NCBI RefSeq assembly: GCF_006345805.1
Contig: NC_043018.1
Span: 15,934,001 to 15,998,000 of the forward strand
Reading direction: 5' to 3'
Length of the DNA: 64,000 nucleotides
From: Octopus sinensis
Lineage: Eukaryota
Part shown: positions 63,695-64,000 of the stretch, one piece after another
Layout of the letters: each line of letters starts with the position of its first letter
How positions within the stretch are numbered: position 1 is the stretch's first letter
Notes under the pieces: generated by a model
Database searches by the model: none
Told to the model about the DNA's origin: nothing
What the model saw: the letters and a program-made list of their open reading frames with translations, nothing else
Made by a program: the position numbers and the translations under genes

Positions 63695-63987
63695 TGCCCT
63701 CATTAAATGGACTTCCCTCAATCATACAAATGACTACAGTAAGTGTTTTACCAATCCTGCAACCCCTCTGCTTCTTATTGAATGGTCTGCTCTAGACCAT
63801 CCAAATTACTATAGTATTTTAGCTATGTTGTTACATCTCATTAAATGGACTGCTCTAAACTATATAATTGACAACTGTATTTCAGTCATTCTGTTAACCC
63901 CTCCTCATTAAAGTGGACTGATCTCAACTAGCCAAAGGACAACAGAGTATATATTAGTTTTAACACTCATCATTAAATGGACTATGC
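63695..63987. repeat. Degenerate ~67-bp minisatellite
   Basis: TCATTAAATGGACT-like core recurs five times at ~63-75 bp spacing. Confidence 0.7.
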
Positions 63988-64000
63988 GAGGTGGCGGAAC

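Noticed and set aside
63695-63987. CRISPR-like array
   Set aside because: Repeats are short and degenerate, spacers are related to each other, the context is a eukaryotic intron, and no cas genes are present.

Overview
This is AT-rich, repeat-dense eukaryotic DNA, most consistent with an octopus (coleoid cephalopod) genome. The evidence is KRAB-less tandem C2H2 zinc-finger genes, four abundant SINE-like families and long microsatellites. Genes built by hand: (1) a complete 8-exon, 320-aa CABCOCO1-like ciliary gene on the minus strand (9332-23993), all introns GT-AG and in phase; (2) three intact single-coding-exon C2H2 ZNF genes plus two decayed copies, all with a MENEL-type N-terminus and a shared promoter/non-coding-exon layout; (3) the first two coding exons of UTP20 at the right end. 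The rest is SINEs, CR1, RTE, Penelope-like and Gypsy relics, and hAT-, Mutator-, piggyBac- and Tc1/mariner-type MITEs with recognisable TSDs. There is a 100-N gap at 1956-2055. Most interesting observations: a SINE family whose target-site duplications begin GGTA(T), a motif also in its own head, which would explain one-headed tandem multimers by self-insertion; several type I hammerhead-ribozyme motifs (one with an intact core) next to fold-back hairpins; a templated insertion between two SINE copies 8 kb apart; and a modular, duplicating ZNF cassette. Family names come from recall of motifs, not from database searches. Repeat boundaries are approximate to a few bases.
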